The position numbers were made by a program, and so were the translations under genes. The notes under the pieces are model-generated. The model saw only the letters and a list, made by a program, of their open reading frames with translations. It was not told where the DNA came from and did no database searches. DNA of 11,346 bases from Octopus sinensis. Lineage: Eukaryota. The stretch is from contig NW_021827027.1 of NCBI RefSeq assembly GCF_006345805.1, forward strand, positions 1 to 11,346. Reading direction: 5' to 3'. This document shows, piece by piece, positions 8,769 to 11,346 of this stretch. Numbering within the stretch: position 1 is the stretch's first letter; each line of letters opens with the position of its first letter.

Positions 8769-8788
8769 TATATACATATATACATATG
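8619..8788. repeat. (TA)n-rich tract interrupted by a family B tail
   Basis: TA/TATG runs at 8619-8663 and 8708-8788. Confidence 0.93.
8664..8707 (-). mobile_element. Family B 3' tail only, copy B3
   Basis: tcatcatcatcattttgggtctgcttttcatgctggcatgggtt matches B2 catcatcgtttaacgtccgctttccatgctagcatgggtt. Confidence 0.75.
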
Positions 8789-9056
8789 CACTTGTGTTCT
8801 TTTATAAGCTGCTCTGGGAACCATCACAGAGTTGGATCTACAGTTTGTAGAGATTAGGCACCTATATGTCTATATACATATGCCCGTATACTTATATATA
8901 GACAGATGTGTAGATATACATGTACAAATAACAGCAGACAACCAGCAAAAAATAACTTTAATTGTTCTGCATATTGGAAACCCAGTACATGACCTTTCCT
9001 ATCACCATTAATGTTGAAATACCAAAGTTCTTATGAATCCTGCAACTGAACATTAT

Positions 9057-9380
9057 ATCATCATCATCGTCATCATCATTGTTTAAAATCTGCCTTCCAT
9101 CCTAGCATGGATGTAACGGTTTCACAAGAGTCAGCCAGGCAGAAGCCTGCACCAGACTTTTGCGACTGTTTTGGCAGGATTTTTACAGCTGGATGCCCTT
9201 CCTAACACCAACCACTCAACAGAGTGGACTTAGTACTTTTTACATGGCACAAACACCAATGAGGTCAGTTTTGGCAAGGTTTTCACACCTGCATGCCCTT
9301 TCGAATGCCAACCACTTTACAGTGTGGACTATGTGCTTTTAAGTTGCACCTGCACTGACAGGGTCACCAACTACTTGCAA
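9057..9380 (-). mobile_element. Family B retroposon, copy B4, with 100-bp internal tandem duplication
   Basis: (CAT)n tail and ccatcctagcatgg. Units 9168-9267 and 9268-9366 each carry atgccctt...ccaaccact...gtggact...ctttt. Confidence 0.85.
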
Positions 9381-9410
9381 CACAAAAAATAAAAAAACAT
9401 GTATGGATAT

Positions 9411-9626
9411 ATTGGTTTCAAGTTTTGGCACAAGGCCAGCAGTTTTGGGGGAGGGGTTTCGCCAATGACATCAAGCCCAGTACTTTGACTGGTACTTGTT
9501 TTATCGACCTCGAAAGGATAAATGGCAATATTCACACTGACAGGATTTGAACTCAGAATGTAAAGATGGACAAAATGTTGACAAGCACTTTTCCTGGTGT
9601 GCAAATCTTTCTGCTACCTTGCCGCT
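9411..9626 (-). mobile_element. tRNA-related SINE, family C (diverged)
   Basis: Minus-strand GCGGCAAGGTAGCAGAA head and B-box GAGTTCAAATCC (9543-9554), then atcctttcgaggtcgataaaacaagtacc...aagtactgggcttgat. Confidence 0.75.
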
Positions 9627-9713
9627 GTATATGTACATACTTATATTGATGCTTGTTTTTATGTTGAGTTATAATAGAAGCAAGTGATATTTTCGTAGAA
9701 CACATTATCTTCT

Positions 9714-9752
9714 ATCTGTCTCAATCATGAGATCTGTCTCAATCATAGATCT
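9714..9752 (+). repeat. 18-bp tandem duplication
   Basis: atctgtctcaatcatgag, atctgtctcaatcatag, atct. Confidence 0.8.
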
Positions 9753-9772
9753 ACATATGCACACATATATAA

Positions 9773-10058
9773 ACGGCAGGCTTCTTTCAGTTTCAGTCTA
9801 CCAAATCCACTCACAAGTCTTTGGTCGGCCTGAGGCTATAGTAGAAGACACTTGCCCAAGGTGCCACGCAGTGGGACTGAACCTGGAATCATGTGGTCGG
9901 GAAGCATACTGAGGTAGAAGTTCAGTTTTTGATTTTGAGGCATGGCTAGCAGAAAAAGACATGAGAAAATGCAGAGCCAGGAGTGGCTGTGTGGTAAGTG
10001 GCTTGCTTGCCAGCCACATGGTTCCTGGTTCAGTCCCACTGCATTACCACACAGCCAC
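9773..10058 (-). mobile_element. SINE family A, copy A4 (5' module only; head split by inverted insertion)
   Basis: 9773-9906 aligns to A3 ~6162-6295. The head resumes at 10044 (ttaccacacagccac). The 3' module is absent. Confidence 0.9.
9908..10043 (+). repeat. Inverted copy of 10531-10666
   Basis: 136 bp, 5 mismatches and no gaps against the reverse complement of 10531-10666. Includes ~70 bp of non-SINE flank. Confidence 0.97.
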
Positions 10059-10208
10059 AACAAAAATATTGCTGAGAGTGACTTTGAAGTTTCAAACTGC
10101 TTGACTTTCATCAGGTAAAACGTGCACACACACAAACACACACACTCACACACACAAACACGTAGTTACCTTACTATTACCTCACAATCAAATTTTCCTT
10201 CATATTGG

Positions 10209-10596
10209 CTCTTTACTCTCTTTTACTGGAGCTCTGCCTTTAGCCGAAGAAATTGACCCCATTACTTGCGGGATTTGTAGGCCCCAGGTACTGTACGTTA
10301 TTCTATCGGTCTCTTTTGCCGAACTACTAAGTTACGGGGATGTAAACACACCAGCATCAGACACAAATGTATACACATACATACATACATATATATATAT
10401 AATATATATATATATATAAATATATATGTACATATATACGACAACTTCTTTCAGTTTCCATCTACCAAATCCACTCATAAGACTTTGGTCAACCTGAGAC
10501 TCTAGTAGAAGACACTTGTCCAAGATGCCATACAGTGGGACTGAACCTGGAACCATGTGGCTGGTAAGCAAGCCACTTACCACACAGCCACTCCTG
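10209..10596 (-). mobile_element. SINE family A, copy A5
   Basis: A-box (ccacacagcca on +, 10580-10590), B-box (gggactgaacc on +, 10537-10547), internal TA tract, and a 3' module with two ~30-bp deletions. Confidence 0.92.
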
Positions 10597-10678
10597 GCTC
10601 TGCATTTTCTCATGTCTTTCTCTGCTAGCCATGCCTCAAAACCAAAAACTGAACTTCTACCTCAGTGTGTTAGTCTGT

Positions 10679-10740
10679 TTGTGTGTGTGTGTGTGTCTGT
10701 GTGTGTGTCTGTGTGTGTGTTTATTTTTGGTGTGTGTCTG
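10679..10740. repeat. (TG)n microsatellite
   Basis: Directly visible, with TC interruptions. Confidence 0.9.
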
Positions 10741-10785
10741 TTTTTCTAGTTCTGTCATTCTCTCACTCTTATTAACTGCTCTTAT

Positions 10786-10960
10786 ATCATCATCATCATC
10801 ATTACCACCACCACCACAACCACCACCATCACCATCCGCTCATCATCATCATCATCATCGTCGTCGTCGTCGTCCGTCGTCATCATCACCACCACCACCA
10901 CCACCATCATCATCATCATGATCATGATCATCATCATCATTATTATTGTTGTTGTTGTTA

Positions 10961-11018
<58 letters not shown>

Positions 11019-11022
11019 CATC
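10786..11022. repeat. Compound trinucleotide microsatellite (ATC/ACC/GTC/ATT/GTT)
   Basis: Successive runs of related triplets ending in a long (ATT)n. Confidence 0.96.
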
Positions 11023-11346
11023 CCTCAAATTCCCTCTGTTTGTATTGCAAAATACTCAAGATTACTTGTTATTTTTTTCTTCAATCACTCTTTTTCTTGT
11101 ATTCCTCCCAATATTTCATTGTCTGCTCACATGACAGACTGTTTTGAAAGCACTCTGGCTCACTGACAGCTGACTACTTAACCCTCTCCTTCTCACTTCT
11201 CATAATTTTCACTTACTTTTCTTAACCTCTCTCTTAGTTTCTCTGTCTTACCCATTATCAATGTTCCTCCAGTCTATTTTTACTATCTAATGTAATACTT
11301 TTCAATACTTTCTTTCTCTCTCATATCTCACTCAGCACAGTCATTG

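Noticed and set aside
910-11166. Dozens of 60-286 aa ORFs (YIYI, MCVY, HTHT, KERK, poly-I/L/H/P)
   Set aside because: They are translations of stop-free microsatellites or SINE bodies with no domain content, apart from the RTE tail at 3178-3375.

Overview
This is AT-rich, microsatellite-saturated eukaryotic non-coding DNA (intron or intergenic). The repeat families resemble those I recall from Octopus (coleoid cephalopod) genomes, but that taxon call is an inference and was not checked against a database. No host protein-coding gene can be supported, and nearly all listed ORFs are translations of microsatellites or SINEs. The window holds five copies of a tRNA-headed SINE with an internal microsatellite (family A) and three other tRNA-headed SINEs (C, D, E). 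It also holds five copies or fragments of a headless retroposon ending in a palindromic hairpin plus (GAT)n (family B), a 5'-truncated RTE-clade LINE end encoding an intact C2H2 finger, and a possible degraded hAT-type MITE. Family letters are my own labels. The most interesting features are: (1) a 163-bp element nested in a SINE's (TA)n tract carrying a degenerate Penelope-type minimal hammerhead ribozyme; (2) a ~137-bp, ~96% identical inverted templated insertion copied from ~0.5 kb downstream into a SINE head; (3) a recurring H-type pseudoknot-like motif in family B; (4) repeated microhomology-flanked deletions; (5) a phased four-E-box minisatellite.
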